This document shows, piece after piece, positions 24,236 to 38,220 of a stretch of 64,000 bases of DNA (the first letter of the stretch is position 1; every line of letters begins with the position of its first letter). Below the pieces are notes generated by a model that was not told where the DNA came from, did no database searches, and saw nothing but the letters and a program-made list of their open reading frames with translations. The position numbers and the translations under genes were made by a program. Source of the stretch: Pseudovirgaria hyperparasitica (taxonomy: Eukaryota); assembly GCA_010093815.1 (NCBI GenBank), contig ML996570.1. One strand, given 5' to 3'.

Positions 24236-25702
24236 TTACCGTGCCTTCTTGGCTTCTGCAGCAACAGCCTTGCCGTTGGCATTACTGGCCTTCTTCCCCT
24301 TCTTCTCCATCTCGACCTCGACCTCGACCTCCTCGTCGCTTGCTTCATCATCACTTCGCTCGTCTTTGGCCTCCCTATGGACCGCAAATCTATATGCGAT
24401 GCGCAGAATGAGGAAGAACCAGAAGAGATTGACAGCTTGCAAAGCCGCCAAGAGTGCGAAAGTAATGAACTGACTGAGCGTACATTTATACTGCTGGGTT
24501 TCCCAATTCAGTTCGAAAGGACCGACAGTCATAAACTCGTTTGTAATCGAGTACATCACTTTGAGATTGATATAGTGTCGGAAGTAGGCCCATGCGAAGA
24601 GGAAAATACAGAAATAGGGACCCATTATGGGCGAGTCGACGTAGTTCATGACCTTGGATGTCTGCAACATGGACAGGTTAACAATAGTCCACAGTTGAAC
24701 GAAGGAATACTTACGGCAAGGAAGAAATCACTGACGTCCATCGTGATGTAGATCGCCAGTCCCATGTATGTGAAGTGGAATCGGTAGCTGAGGCCAATCA
24801 ACAGCAGGGTTATAATGTGATGCGCCACAAGTTCCTGAAAGTCTTTCCGCGGCTTTTCCAATAGCAAGACGAGGACGATCATCTGCTGTGCCCAGTAGCT
24901 GGCTTGCAGTAAATAGTATGCCTTGAAGACTGCTTCATGCGTCTTATGCGGAAACCCTTCGTACATCCCGGTAGTGTTGAAATACCACACCGGTGTCCTA
25001 GACATAACCCACAGACCATACGGACCGAATATCGAGAAGTATATCGCAGTGTAGAATTGTTCCATGAATCTTGATTGTTTGGCGCGAGACTTGATACCGG
25101 CTTTGATCGCAAGAGGTCGAATTAGGCGCTGCATGAGGAACTCGCGCGTAAAAGAGAGGAATACAGTATAGAACGAGACAAACGCAAAGTCCAGCTTGCC
25201 TTTGCCATATTGTAGCGGTTTATCGTCGCCAGGCGCTTGCGGAAGAGGATATGAGAGAAACAGAGCGGGATAGACGGGGTTACTTTTGGAGGGATTTGTT
25301 AGGTATATGGCGACAACGATGAGACATATGGCGAGCGGATTGACCCATGTGTGTTTCATTGAAAACTGTTTCCAGCGTCGGAACAAGCTCTTGACCTTCC
25401 TTCTCTTCGAGCGACGGTGTTTGGTCCCGTCCGAAGACGATCGCATCGCATCCTTTCACGTCAGCTAAGAATGCTTTTGGTATGAGCTGACGACTCACTT
25501 CGGGTAATGGAGAAGGCGGCGGTGAAAGAGTCGCAAATGATACTGCTGTGTTGTCTCCTGGAAGTTCTGCGCCTAGCCCGCTGGACTTTCGCCGCGGTCG
25601 TGTGCTTATTGTTTGTCTGCCACCGTATGATTTTTGTTTGCCGTCGCCACGAATGGCTTCATAAGCTGTGGAGACGGCCGGGAATGGTTCTGAGGATGCC
25701 AT
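24236..25702 (-). CDS. LAC1: Ceramide synthase (TLC domain), Lac1/Lag1 family
   Basis: KQSRFMEQFY, EKPRKDFQELVAHHIITL, DVSDFFLA-TSK, WAYFRHYIN, LQAVNLFW; two introns; LAC1 vs LAG1 assignment by resemblance only. Confidence 0.9.
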
Positions 25703-26144
25703 GCTATGCTGAATTAAATGCTGTTGATGTGCATGGAGCTAAGTTTATCGTAGGAGAGAGCTGAGGTGGTTTTATCAGGAGTACATCTCTTAATTTCGGG
25801 ACCCTGAGCAAAGCTCCTCCGCCCGAGCACGATCGGCACTTTAGTTACCGTATTATTTGTATAAGTCAGCGCTTACATACCATATAGCGCCCCTTTCCTG
25901 AAACGTTTGACACAATGCTTAGTGGCAGTCAAACCTGTATTCACGTCCAGGAACAGCATAATCTGTCGTTGGATATATGAAAGTACTGAGGTGGTTTTGC
26001 CGTTAAGAATCTAGGATGTGCTACACGTGTCGGGTGGATAATGACTTGTCAGATATGACGCTCCTCACGATATAAGGTGCTATCAATGTAAAACTTGGTT
26101 CGAATAGACCATGTAGTCGATAAGCTAAGGTCCATGTAATAGCT

Positions 26145-28213
26145 TCAGTGCGAGGGTCCATCCTTTGACATACCAACGGCTTTCCCGTTCTGGTGCGACT
26201 GTTTGAGCATTTGCGTGGCACGCGACTTCATATTATGCTCCTTGTGACCCTCACCGTCTATCACCAACGTAGATGAGACACTTTCAGTATCTGATGCAGG
26301 TGTGCTAATCTGACGCACCAGACCTCGGACACCGCCTGTTTTCCTGGCAGGTAGCTCTCCCTGTCCTGCTGTCGCAACATACAAAAGGTATTTGAGATTG
26401 GGTAATGTCTGCCGAATGTCCAGTAAGCGTAGTCCGAGCCGATTCGACAATATCTCGATATCTTTGTTCAGTAAAAACACGCCATATTCGAACCGATATC
26501 TAACGCTACCCTTTAAGAAAAGGGGATAAGTTCTTGGCCCGCTTGTCTGAGATATGGGGTCTTCCACGCATGAGGTTGATTCTCTGGCTTTGATTGGATA
26601 AGGCAACGGAACAGACATGTAAAGTGCCAGCTGATAGACAACTTTGGCTACATGTCCCAAAGCCGCAGCAATCCCTTGTTCCTTATGATCGTTATCGAAA
26701 TCGGAATTCGGTAAGGCCAGACCCCGGATCGTGAAAGCAAGGGGCTGATCTTTAATCGGCTCGATTGGATAGATTCGCATTAGATCCTCACAGATACGGC
26801 GCCGTTGACCATTGGATTCCTCGTGGATTTTAGTCAACTGCAGTCGCGCATTCTTTATGACATCTTGAGCCTCATCAATCTGGGCCTGCGCTGTCTCCTG
26901 CGCCTCTCTGCCTGTTGCTATGGCAGTGCGGCGGGACTCGATGGATTCTTGGAGTGCCTTTCTCTGTCGTTTTGCAGCCTCTACTCGCTTCTTCTGTGCA
27001 CTGACTGCTTGCTCTATCGTCTTCACGCGGAGCTCTACTTCAGGTACCTGGCGAATTAGCGTTTCCGAGCCTTTGTTCTGTTGAAGTATGTCCTCAATCT
27101 CTGAAGCCAATCGCTCGCGAGTATTGATGGCATCTTGTATACAGTCATCAAGCGTTGAAAGTTGCATGAGGGCATCGTACGGCGATGTGGCCGCACCGAC
27201 AGCCACGCGTTCTAACGAGTCTTTCGCCTGGGAGCGAAGCTTGAACGGAGTCGAAATGTCCAAGAAGCTTGTATAGACACCGTCGGTCAGGTGGAACAGA
27301 ATGCAGTTTGGAGGGAATGGCTGCCTGAACGTTTCGAGCTGCACGCATCAGAGAACTGATATCGTGATAATGATGTTCTGACCTACAGATTTGCCAATGT
27401 ACTGGAGGGCACGGAGATCTACGTCATACTCGATAAGTAAGACATATTCGGCCACGCCGTCCATCTTCGCCCATATCTTGACAGTAAGGGCGCATAGCCT
27501 CGTTACAGCGGGACCGCACGGGTCGAGATCGAAATATCGAAACGTGGGATTCTATCGATGGTCAATATGTGAAGTCAAGCTCACTAGCCATCAACCCTTA
27601 CCATCGCTTTTCCGGCAACTTCGCTGACATAGATGGGGTCTATCAGTGAGCTGTGAGTAAACAACTCATGGCAGTCCAAAGTATTTAGGCGCACCAGCTT
27701 GTGTCTCAACGTGCAACGAAAAGAACGTCTCTGCCATTCTCCCTTCGGTTACGTCTTCCAATCTTTTCTGACGAGCAACTGGACTAGCTCCTGACCATTC
27801 CATCGTACTTCTTCTCCTCGTTCTAGTAGCGCTTGGTCGCGTGGGCGGTGACTTGTCTTCTTTTGTGACTTCATCCTGGGGGGCTTTCGAGCTCCCGGGA
27901 CCACGTAGATCTGCAACAGAGTGGTAGTGTTCTAGCGGTCTACTTTCGCGCAAGGCAAGGGCCTTGGATGCAGATTTCAGCGCCGAGGGTAAACCATCAT
28001 CATCAATGGGTGCGCGACGGGTACGTGAGAGTTTCGGGTTCAGAGAGAGGTTGCGGAGAGTAAGGCCGTGAAGGTGTCTAAGACGGCGATTCTAGTGGCA
28101 TATGAGCGATGAGCGACGTTCAATACGAGGTGCAATCATACGTATTCGAGTAGCCACGGCTTCTCGCGAGGCAGCGGGCTCTGCGTCGTACCACTTTGAA
28201 GATCTGAAGCCAT
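26145..28213 (-). CDS. VPS38: UVRAG/Vps38 subunit of PI3-kinase complex II
   Basis: REKPWLLEY-NRRLRHLHGLTLRNL, PIYVSEVAGKAM-NPTF (C2-like), coiled coil, AAALGHVA…PLPYP…RFEYGVFLLNKDIE…QTLPNLK; four introns. Confidence 0.88.
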
Positions 28214-28605
28214 CCGAGCTTGCGGGGATAGGATCGGCTGCGGAGGTGAACGCTCGCATGAAGGCGAGTAGTGGCAATCAGCAAAAGAATGTTAGGTCAT
28301 TGCGGTAAGTTGTCTTTCCAGGCCGATATTGACATGAGTCGCTCTGCACAATTCATCTCGTGGACCGACAAGCTTTGTTGACTTCACTAAGGTGCAGCCC
28401 CAGGCCCAAGAACAATGCTCCTCCCTCTGGTCTGTTTGCGCCGCTAGTGCAGTTTCGCCGTAATTTATTCAGGGACCGAATTTGTTACCCGCATGCACAC
28501 TAAGCACAAGCTCCGACTCCGAACTTTCTGTGATTCTGAGCTCAACGACTGCAAGCACTCGTCTGCTCAAGCCATCTAGATCCGCAATTGCGGATTCTAC
28601 TCATC

Positions 28606-30530
28606 ATGGCTAGCACAACGGCAACAGCCAAGCTGACGGGCGCGTCGACTGCGCTCAATCAGGAACTTCTTCGAATGTTGCGAGGCCCGAGACATGAACG
28701 GGTGTTATATGTGTTTGAGAATATCCGGACGAAACAAGTTGTGTACTCACTGAAGCGCGATCTGTTGGCATCGGACAAGCAAGTGTGTGCTCCTATATTG
28801 ATGTGTCTTTTCATCGGGTTCTGACCGGCTCACAGGAGAAGAAATCGCTTCAACAGCTTACATTTGTAGGCAAGGGCTCAGTTGCACCAGAAATACGAGA
28901 AGATTTGTGGAAAGCTTTGGCTGTGGTACATTTTCGGGATCAGGACCTTTGTCGCACCGCTCTTCACAAGCTCCGCGAATACCGCATGCTACGAGAATAC
29001 AATTGGAGGCAAAATTATGCGAACCTGAAGAAACTCAAGAACAAACAAGTCAAACTGCTCCAACAGCGTCTTGAAAAGGATCAGGAACTATTAGAACGGG
29101 GAGAGGTTACAGAGGCAGACATCATGCAAGAGCTGGCAAAGCAGATGGGCCACCCCTCGTTGCTGGACACAGATATCGAGGTAGCCAACTTCCGGCCGAA
29201 GAGACATAGTCAAAGGTATAATACTGCGACCAAGCACAGCAGACATCTGCAGAAATGGCTACAGGACCGAAAAAAGTTCTTGCAGGATCAAAAAGCCAAT
29301 AGCGTTGCCGATCTTGCCCATGTTCTCAAGGGAATCCATGGCATGGACATTGCAAAGCAAGCAAACGAATTTCTGGAGAAACAAATTGCATGGTTGAAGG
29401 CCCCTGACGCGGAATTTGCGCAGCTCAAGGAATGGGCCAAAAGCGAGGATCACGATCACGAGGAAGAACTGAAGGAGGTTTGGGAGACGTGCACGAGGCT
29501 CTATCAGCGCGGCAAGAAACATCCCGAGCAGCGTACGACCGACAAACGTCATGCCGTCCGTACAGCCGAGCGCCGCTATAAAGCTCTCCTCTCTCTCCGC
29601 GAGGCTCGCCAAGCCCGCGCAGAAGGCGACTTTGCCCGCGCGACCGAGCTCGAAGAAGCCGTGCTGCGAGGCTGCAGGCACGAGATCCTCCACCGCGAAA
29701 TGCTCGAGCGCCGCACCCTGGATCTCTTCAAGAAAGTCGCACTGGAGCGGTACAACGCCAACAAACTCGTCTGGCGCCCCGAGACCCGCGGCGCCGTGCT
29801 GAAACCAATCTTCGGCGACCCAAAGAAATCCGTAGTAGCCTACGACAAATCCGAAGGCTGGCACGGCAGCCCACAAGGCGCGTACATGCCGCGCGCCCCG
29901 GTCAACTTCAAGCACTGGCTCGACAATCTCCAGCCCCGGCCCCCGATCGCGCCCAGCATCGACCAACAAGGTCTCGCCTTCCGCGCGTTCCTGGAGATGC
30001 TGCGCAACCGCGACATGGACTACTCCTCCGGCACCGGCACGTCCACCCTCAACGCCGGCATCTACCAGGACACCCAGACCATCACCAAGCCCGGCGCCAT
30101 CACCCCCTTGCCAGATGACGACCCCGCACAGGTCTTCATCGAATGGGGCGACGTCGCAAACGCAGAATACGTCCGCGACAAAGACTGGCCCGAGCACGTC
30201 TCCTTTGCAAGCCTCGACATCCCGGGCCAGCGCGTGCTCAGACCAAGCGCCATGGCGCCCCGCCCGCGTCTATACGAGGACCTCCTCGCAGAGTATACCC
30301 AGAGGGCAGAAAGGGCAGCAATCAAGGCGAGAAAGGCGCGGCGCTGGGCTGAGAGGCAGGCAGCTGACGCGGGAGCCGGTCAAACGCCTCGGGTACAGAA
30401 GAAGACGGCTGCTGCTGCTGCTGCTGCTGCTGCGCCCACGGGTATACTCGGCCAGACTGAGGTCTATCTGCGCGCGTATCTGCCGTTTTTGTTCCGCGGC
30501 TCGGCGCCCGCGCGGAGGCAGAGTCTGTAG
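28606..30530 (+). CDS. MHR1: Mhr1 / mitoribosomal protein mL67 homologue, greatly extended (~623 aa)
   Basis: YVFENIRTKQVVYSL, LQQLTFVGKGSVAPEIREDLW, HKLREYRMLRE, QKANSVADLA, VFIEW…AEY…WPEHV; intron 28783-28835. Confidence 0.75.
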
Positions 30531-30699
30531 GTGGTCCTACCTAGATGCGATGAGAGGATTGGGAAGGAGAGGGGAGGGGGAAGAGGGATAGATGATCGAG
30601 CTGTTGTGTATATGTAGATATATATCCCTCTGTATGTGTGTTGTTGGTGGAAGGGGTGTATATCAAACCGTCATGCTAGACTTCTAACACTAAGCGAGA

Positions 30700-31640
30700 G
30701 TGTGTTCTTGTATGTACGTATGTATAGTGTAGTATAGTATAGACAGAGTATAGCAAAACACACACACACGCGTATCATCCTCTATCTAATCCAATCTAAT
30801 CCAATCTAATCGAAATCAACCGCAAGCCAACCCGTCATGAGACACAACACTAAACAAACTGCCTTCCTACTTGTCGTCCAGTACCAGTTGTATATTAGGA
30901 CTACATGCTATCTGCTATATGCTATATGCTATATGCTATATGCTATATGCTATATGCTACATGCTACATGCTATATGCTATATGCTATATGCTATATGCC
31001 ACAGAACATACTCCTTCCTTCCTCCATTCCTCAAACGATCTTCCACTAACATAAAGAGAGACAAAAAAGCCATCCAATCCAATCCAAACAACGAGCCCTG
31101 GACAACTGGAACTATACGTACGTACGTTACGCTTTACTTTATTAAATACTCGAAATACTCCCAACACTCAAAGACCCATACTCATGACCAACCACACTCC
31201 TCCTCCTCCTCCTTCTCCTCCTTCTTCTTCTTCTTTCTTTTGGAGAAAAAAACTCAAAGTATACCCCGAAAATTTGAACCCAAATCCTCCCAACTCAATT
31301 CAACTCAATCCAACTCAATCCAACTCAATCCAATCCAGTCTAATCCAACAAACTAGTCAACCAACTAGCTCAACCAACTAACTCAACTAGCCAGTAACCC
31401 AGCAGCAAACAACGAAACCAAAACCAAAACAAGACAAATGTAAAACAAGACGAAACCAAAACAAGACAAAAGTGAAAAAAAGAAAGAAGAAAAAAACGCC
31501 GTCCGCAATGCCAAAGGAGAGTTATATATATATACCTGTGTATATGAGTATGAATATGTGTATGAGTATATGAATATGAGTATATGTGTATGAGTATGAG
31601 TATGATGACCGATGACCGATGACCGATGCCGATGCTGATA
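30700..31640. repeat. Microsatellite-dense intergenic tract: (GCTATAT)n ~30901-31000, (AACTC/AATCC)n ~31290-31390, TATGAG-like hexamers ~31540-31605, (GATGACC)n ~31604-31630
   Basis: Repeats seen directly between the convergent MHR1 and rhomboid 3' ends. Confidence 0.9.
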
Positions 31641-31818
31641 AATCTCCCCAACAAAACAACAAGTTCGATACTGTTTGCACTGTTGCCCGAGTAGTCTGGT
31701 GGGGTGGGTATAGAACCGCATCATGTCGGTACGACGTAAACAAAACAAAACACCCTCAAAACATCTCCTCATACCAGATACCAGACGATATGGTATGCCT
31801 CTCCCTACCACAACACCG

Positions 31819-33545
31819 TCATACCCCCCATCCCATCCCAACCCACTCGGCATCCATCCCAAACAACAACTCCCGCTTCGTCTGATTCGACACCTGAACC
31901 TCGGGTGCATTCCCCTGTTCACACCAATTCTTAATCGGCTGCAAATTCAGAAACGTCAGTATACACTCATTACTTCCCGATTCATGATACGCAAAAACAA
32001 AAAGGGCAGACTCACAATGCACAACTTCCGACACCACTGGCACTCGTTACGATCAACATAAAAGTTGCGCAGCAGGAGGATGAATCCAATCAGCACGGCG
32101 ACGAGCGCGCCGGCGCGGAACAGCCACCACGCCCACCAGAGCGGCTTGCGGCCGGCGAAGAAGCCGAGTGGCTGACGCACGAATGCCTTGATGGCTGGCT
32201 CGTCGTCCTGCGCGTTTCTGCTGACGGCGGCGTATGGGGGTTCGTCTTCGCCTGTGCGGGCGCGGAGCACGTTGGGGGAGTGTAGGATACATATGCCTAG
32301 CACGATGCCCATGAGCAGGCCACCGATATGGCTGAAGTTGTCCAGACCGGGGAGGAATCCGAGGATGATCATGACGATGATGTCGAGCATGAGGAAGAGG
32401 AGGTCTTTGACGGGACTTGGGCGGTCTTTCCAGGTGTAGAGAATGTCAAGCAGAACGAGACCTATGATTCCGAATATGGCGCCGGATGCGCCGACGGAGG
32501 AGAGCAGCGGCGCGGCGTAGTTTCCGCCCAGGACGAAACCGAAGATGCCGCTGCTGAAATATACGAGGGCGAAGCGGATGCTGCCGACTTGTTTTTCCAT
32601 GTCGCGCCCTAGCGTCATCTGGAGGAGCATGTTGAACGCGATGTGTATGATGCCGACGTGTAAGAAAATGGGCACGATGAAGCGCCACCACTGGTTTGGC
32701 TCCTGGCTTCTGTCATCGACAGCGGTGCCAGGGGGTTGTGTTGGGAAGCCCCCGAAGCCACACAGCTCGCTCAGGCTGCAGAAGGGTCCGGTGAGGGATG
32801 TTGCGTTGGGACATGGCCAACTGACGGGAGGGTCCCTGCCGGTAACGTTGACGAGGTTGTGCATACAAGGCGTATATCTGGAGCCCATGTTGATGAGCGT
32901 CCATGGCGAGGGACCGATCATGAAGTTGAAGCTGGGCTTGATCATGATGGGCGTTCCAGTTGCAACAGCTGCGGCGGTCAGTAAGAAGCCAATAAAAACA
33001 ACAAGTTCAAGCAACTCACCATTCTTGATCAGCGCACCAATGAAGACGCCAATCTGCACCAAAGTGAGAGTAAAGCACACATATGTAATCTTTCCCGTGA
33101 ACCAGCCTTCCTTCTTCCGCACATATCTGCCGTTGTTTCCCCTTTGACCGCGATTCTTGCTCTGGCCTTCCGCGTCGACCCCATAGACGCCATTCCCGTC
33201 CTTGGGGTTCAAGGGCGCTTGGCTTGAAGCAGCGTGAAGTGGAATCGCGTTTTGGTCGGCAAAGGGATCGGAACTGTGATTGTACGGAGAAGGTGTTGCG
33301 TAGGGATTACCGGCGGCGCCATGATACGACGAGTCCATAGTCTGTAGGCTAGGCTGATGGCTGATATCAGGATGTTGGTGACTGTATGCTTGATTCCTGT
33401 CATCAAAGGGCGATGCTACTGGAGATATGTCGTGCGCATCGTGTTGCCTGCCTCCTCCTACTCCTCCAAGAGCGCCAGAGCTCTGAGGACCTGCATGGTG
33501 AAAGTCATCGTAAGGCTGGTTGTTGTAGTAGTCGTTGGCCGCCAT
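31819..33545 (-). CDS. Rhomboid intramembrane serine protease
   Basis: QWWRFIVPIFLHVGIIHIAFN, catalytic GASG and SHIGG; introns 32969-33019 and 31939-32015. Confidence 0.93.
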
Positions 33546-34778
33546 GATGAGCGGAGACGAAGTTTGGGTGATCCTTCGCAGAAGGTCACAAAGCTACAAT
33601 AGTCGGACGGGACGGGGACGAGAAGAGTTGGAATGCTGTTTTGGCAGAGCCGTTGGGTTGCGGGGGGACAAGGCTATTTGCTCGGAGGAGGGAGGTTTGG
33701 AGCGGCCGGGGGGAGTGAGTGTTTCAGAATGAACCAAGCGGAGCGAAAAGGCAGACAGACAGAACGACAGACTGGCGCTGGTGGTGGAACGAGGGTCGGG
33801 ATTGCAGGACCCGTCAATGCAACAGCACGCAAGGGCGGGAGGAGTATTTTACTGCAAGGCAGGGTGGTAAGGTAATTAGGGAAGAAAAAGAGTTGTTTGA
33901 CGATAGGATAGATCGGGTCGGTCAGGGAAAAGCTGTGGTGGTAGATCTACGGCGGTTCCCTGCCCAGCAGCGCCACACAGCCACAGGCAGCCCCAACTGA
34001 CATCCCCATTCCCTGCTCTGGCCTGAGCATCATCGAACCCAGCGCCAGCCAGCCAGCCAGGGCTCAAGCAAGAAGAAACACGCGCAAGGCCTGCCGGTGA
34101 TCTGTCAGTGACCGGGGGAGTTGGTAGGGCGTAGGTAGTTGTGTACTATCCATTCATTGTCATATATAAGCTGCCTCACCCTCTCACCACCTACTACAGC
34201 CCAACAACTCATATATATACTCTTCAAAAGCGCTTCAACATATCAAATCTTCATTCTCCATTGACCTAATTGTTTCACGCCTTTGTTTGTCGAGGCCATA
34301 AATAGACCCGGACTTCGTTTCGTTTCGTTTCAAAACCAACGTTGTCGGTCGGTCCCTTTGCGTTGCGCCACTGACGACGCGTGGCTGAGCTCGCATTCAA
34401 TCCCATACAGGAAACAGTACAGTACCCGCCCCGGCCGGCCGCCCCACAACAACGACCCATTCATTCCATGAGCCGCGCTGTGCTGTGTGGGACTGGTGTA
34501 CGTAATGCAACGTGTGCTCAGCTGAGGTTGTTCAAAAAGCCCAAAAGAAAATGTTTTGCATCGTTGTTGTTGTTGTAATTAACTACTGCATTAATTGGGT
34601 TCATCAACAAGCCAGCCCTGTGGCTCTGGGTATCTCTATAACTAATCATCATTCAAGCTTTTTCCCTCACTCCCCATCAAAATGCGCATGCGATGATTAT
34701 TTTGGTGTATCCAAAAACTCCACCTCTATCCATCCATCCATCCCTTGCAACACCCAGTCCAGTAGGGTCTACTCCCCT

Positions 34779-37700
34779 TCACGGACCGCCCGGCGAGCTT
34801 GAATGTGTCCTGGTCTGCCTCAGGCTTGGATTCATCATCTCTGATCCGATCGAGTCTACTCGTCCATGATTGTTGTGTGCTGCCGATCTTCGCACTTCTG
34901 ATGATGCGCTTTTCGCTGCTGATTCCTTGAACGATTCAATCAACTTGATAAACTCTCGTCGGTATCGCGCGTCGCTAAACGTGATTGAGACGTCCGAGTG
35001 TTCTTCGCGATCATGCGAGACGCGGTGTGGTACGTTTGTCGTGTCTTCGGCTCGTGGGTCGTTGGCCGTCATCTTCTGGATGTCGAGGAGCGATCCGCTG
35101 GCTTTGTTGAAGACGCGCAGTTTGGCGTCGGCATCGTTGGACGTTGATAGTGAGCTGCCGCGCTTCACTGTGGAGGCATTAGCCTTGCCGATGACTTAAC
35201 GTGGAACGTCAACGTATTACTCACCGCTCCCTGCTGTCCAGATCTTCGCAGGGTCACGCTTGTTGTCGTCGGCGTGTACTCTGAACGTAAGCTGGCAGAC
35301 TCGCCCACTCGGCGACGACCGTTCCCACAGGATCAAATCGCCTGGCCCATAATCTTTACCGAGAAAACTTCGTCGAGATTTGAGTCGTCGGACCGTACCA
35401 AAGAACGTCATGGTCCAGCCGGTTATACCCTTCAACAACTTCACGACCCCTGGGCCGTTGTCAGCGTGTGCTAATTACTGGCTAATCCCACACAGCATAT
35501 ACACCTACCGGAAGGTGGGACCGGAAACTCATGATGATCACCAATGGCAAAGTTGATCACAGCCGTGTTGTCAAACTCCTTAATCTCCTGACACTGTGCC
35601 CTCATGCTTGACTTCGCCTCTGGCTCTTCTCGCAGGTTCGAGATGTAGGTGGGGGAGCTCAAGTTCAGCATCTTGATCTGGAATCGGTATGCTCGCCTGC
35701 TATACCGTTGGATTTCGTCATCGAAGAGTTGCATTTCAAAGTCGATATCGGGGTAGACGGAGTACAGAGTGGAGTACATTACTGATGGTTCGGTAGGAGT
35801 ACAGAGAACGAGCATACGGTAGTCGAGAGCAAGCTGATTCGAACGAGGTAGGATGCGAGCAATGTTCCAGACGTATGCAAACTGACTCTGGGCTTGATTC
35901 TCCGAGAGTGTGACTTGACCGCATTGACGCACCTTCTCCGTGTCACCTGACGGCGATCGCAGACAGTCCACCAGCCTTTTGCCCTGGGAAGTAGTCATTT
36001 GTATCGAGACGTGGTGATTGGGTGTCTCGGGGCAATATACCCAGTCATACAGCTCACCCCAAGCACCTGTTCCCCTCTTCTGAACATGATTGCAGTCCGA
36101 CCACCACAAGGATGTCTCGTCCGCATTGACCTGCGAGAAGATGTTTGTGAGCGGCAGCCAGTAAGAGGTGCACTGAAGTCTCGAGTTGCTGCCAGGGGCA
36201 CTAACGACCATGCGACGAGTGTTCTTCCAGACTGTACTGTCCATGCTTTCATAGACTCGAATAGCACGCGATTGCCCGTAGCATTCATCACTATGATCCG
36301 ACAAGTCTGTCCCCTCGTAGACTAATAATGACATTATCGGTGCCTCAAAGAGCTGGCGCTCGTGCCCTTTGGCTCCACAGAGACAGGCCAAGCCTGAACC
36401 TGTATGCTCATGTGCCGAAATACCGAGCCCTGGCGGAGACGAGGGTGCTGGAAGCGGAGTGAAAGCCGGAGCATCGTGATTAGCGCCCGGAATGCTGGGA
36501 AGACGGCCTGACCGTCCACCGGAGCTACGAGATCTAGTCATGGAAAGAGACGTCACTTTGTCTCGGCCAGGCGAGCCGGTCAGCGGAAGCAGATTCGACG
36601 ATGGGGTTGGTGGTGTATTTGAGGCCGAGGAGCGCAGTGACGTTCGCGGGACTAGTGAGCTACTGCCTTTGGGCGGCGGGGTTGAATTTGAATCCTGTGA
36701 TGGTCGTCTGTCGGTGAATACAGGCCGAAAGCTAGCTGTGGTCGTATGTGAAGGTAGACTTGGATGTTCAATACGAGGCGGCGTCATATCTGTCGGGCCA
36801 ACACTTGAGTTGGACCTTGAGGTAGGGCTCACGACCGACGTCTGTGATCTCGAGACACAGCACCTGCCGACGAAATAATCGTCCATTGAGGTATTGTGGA
36901 AGTGAGCTTGGATGTCATCGACAATGTCTGCTGCGGTCGGTCTATCGCCAGGATTCTGTCGGAACTGTTGACATGATCAAACGGGATCCCGAAGTGAACA
37001 CTCGCCAAACTCACCATCTTCTCGATCCAATCCAAAGCGACATCGTCGGGAGAGCCATCTCTTATGTGGTCCAGCCATGCTTTGGCAGCTTCAGGTTGAC
37101 ACCAGTAGTCGACTGATGGACTATTCTCGTTGAGCAGGAAGCGGTCAAGGTCTTGCAAGCTATGTCCCTTGATGACGGATATCATCTCGATGTAGACGCA
37201 GGCCAAGGACCAGACATCAGACTTTTCATTCCGGGACTGACGATTCACAACCTCGGGGGCACAGTAGCGTAGCGTGAACTTTCCGGGGTCGCCTGTGGTG
37301 GTGGCAGTTGGGAGATCATTCCAGTCATGGCTAATGCCAAAATCGCAAAGGTAGATCTGGCCATCGTTGAGCAAGATGTTGCCAGGCTTGATATCTTTGT
37401 GTCTGAAACGATTCTCATGACAGTAGGAGAGTGCGGAGGCTATGCAACCGAAAGCGTTGCGCAGCCAGTTGACCTCTTCGCCGAGCAATGGCTCTTTGGC
37501 CTGTCGTTCAAGCAGTGTCTTCAGCTCCAGTTCAGCGACGGGAGTCAGGATCAGGGAGAAGGACCACAGGTCGGTATAGCTGCCGACATAGCTGACGAGA
37601 TGTTTGTGGCGCAGGCGCTGCAAGGCCTTGAGCTCCCTTTCGAATTCCTCGAGCTTGCGCTGCTGGGTTGCGATATTGTTTCCTCTCAGGATCTTCTTCC

Positions 37701-38220
37701 GGGCAAAGAACAGACCGGATAGCTTATGGCGTACACGCTCGACGGAGGCCGAGCCACCTCTGCCCAAGTTCTCATATTCGTCAAAGTGGGCATGACCGTC
37801 ACGGATATGACGGTGGGTCAGCATATGGCTGGTGAAGTTTGAGGCATTCATGAGCTCGGTGCGGGAACAGACGATCCATTGAGAGGTAAGAAAGTTCTCG
37901 AGAAGGACGTCCTCGTCCCTGAGCTTCATGGGCAGATAGATTTCACGAAAGGGAAAGGCGAGATCGTGCAGGTTGTCTTGGATGAAGGAGTGGAAGATGG
38001 GAGAGTGCTGATCGAGGCCAAGCATGCGCAGGAGACAGTAGAGGCGTGGACGAGAGAACCAATCCTTGGTGTCGGGATGTGATTGCAAGGTGTTTGCGAG
38101 ATCGAGAAAGACGGCATCGTCAATGATGGTGTCTGGAGGAGAGGATGGGATGAGAGCGTTGATGGAACGACGGACTTCGGCACGGGTGAGCAGCTGCTCG
38201 GGATCCCCAGACTCGGTCAT
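34779..38220 (-). CDS. Large fungal Ser/Thr protein kinase with long uncharacterised C-terminal region
   Basis: LGRGGSASV, FARK, HKDIKPGN, DFG, YCAPE, SDVWSL; introns at ~36965-37014, ~35452-35504 and ~35168-35224 link ORFs 36829-38220, 35471-36886, 35217-35444 and 34779-35168. Confidence 0.8.

Noticed and set aside
29259..30197. 312-aa minus-strand ORF
   Set aside because: Antisense shadow of GC-biased MHR1 codons; no motifs
30837..31743. ORFs with repetitive peptides (CYMLYAI, HIHTH, SYSY)
   Set aside because: Translations of microsatellites
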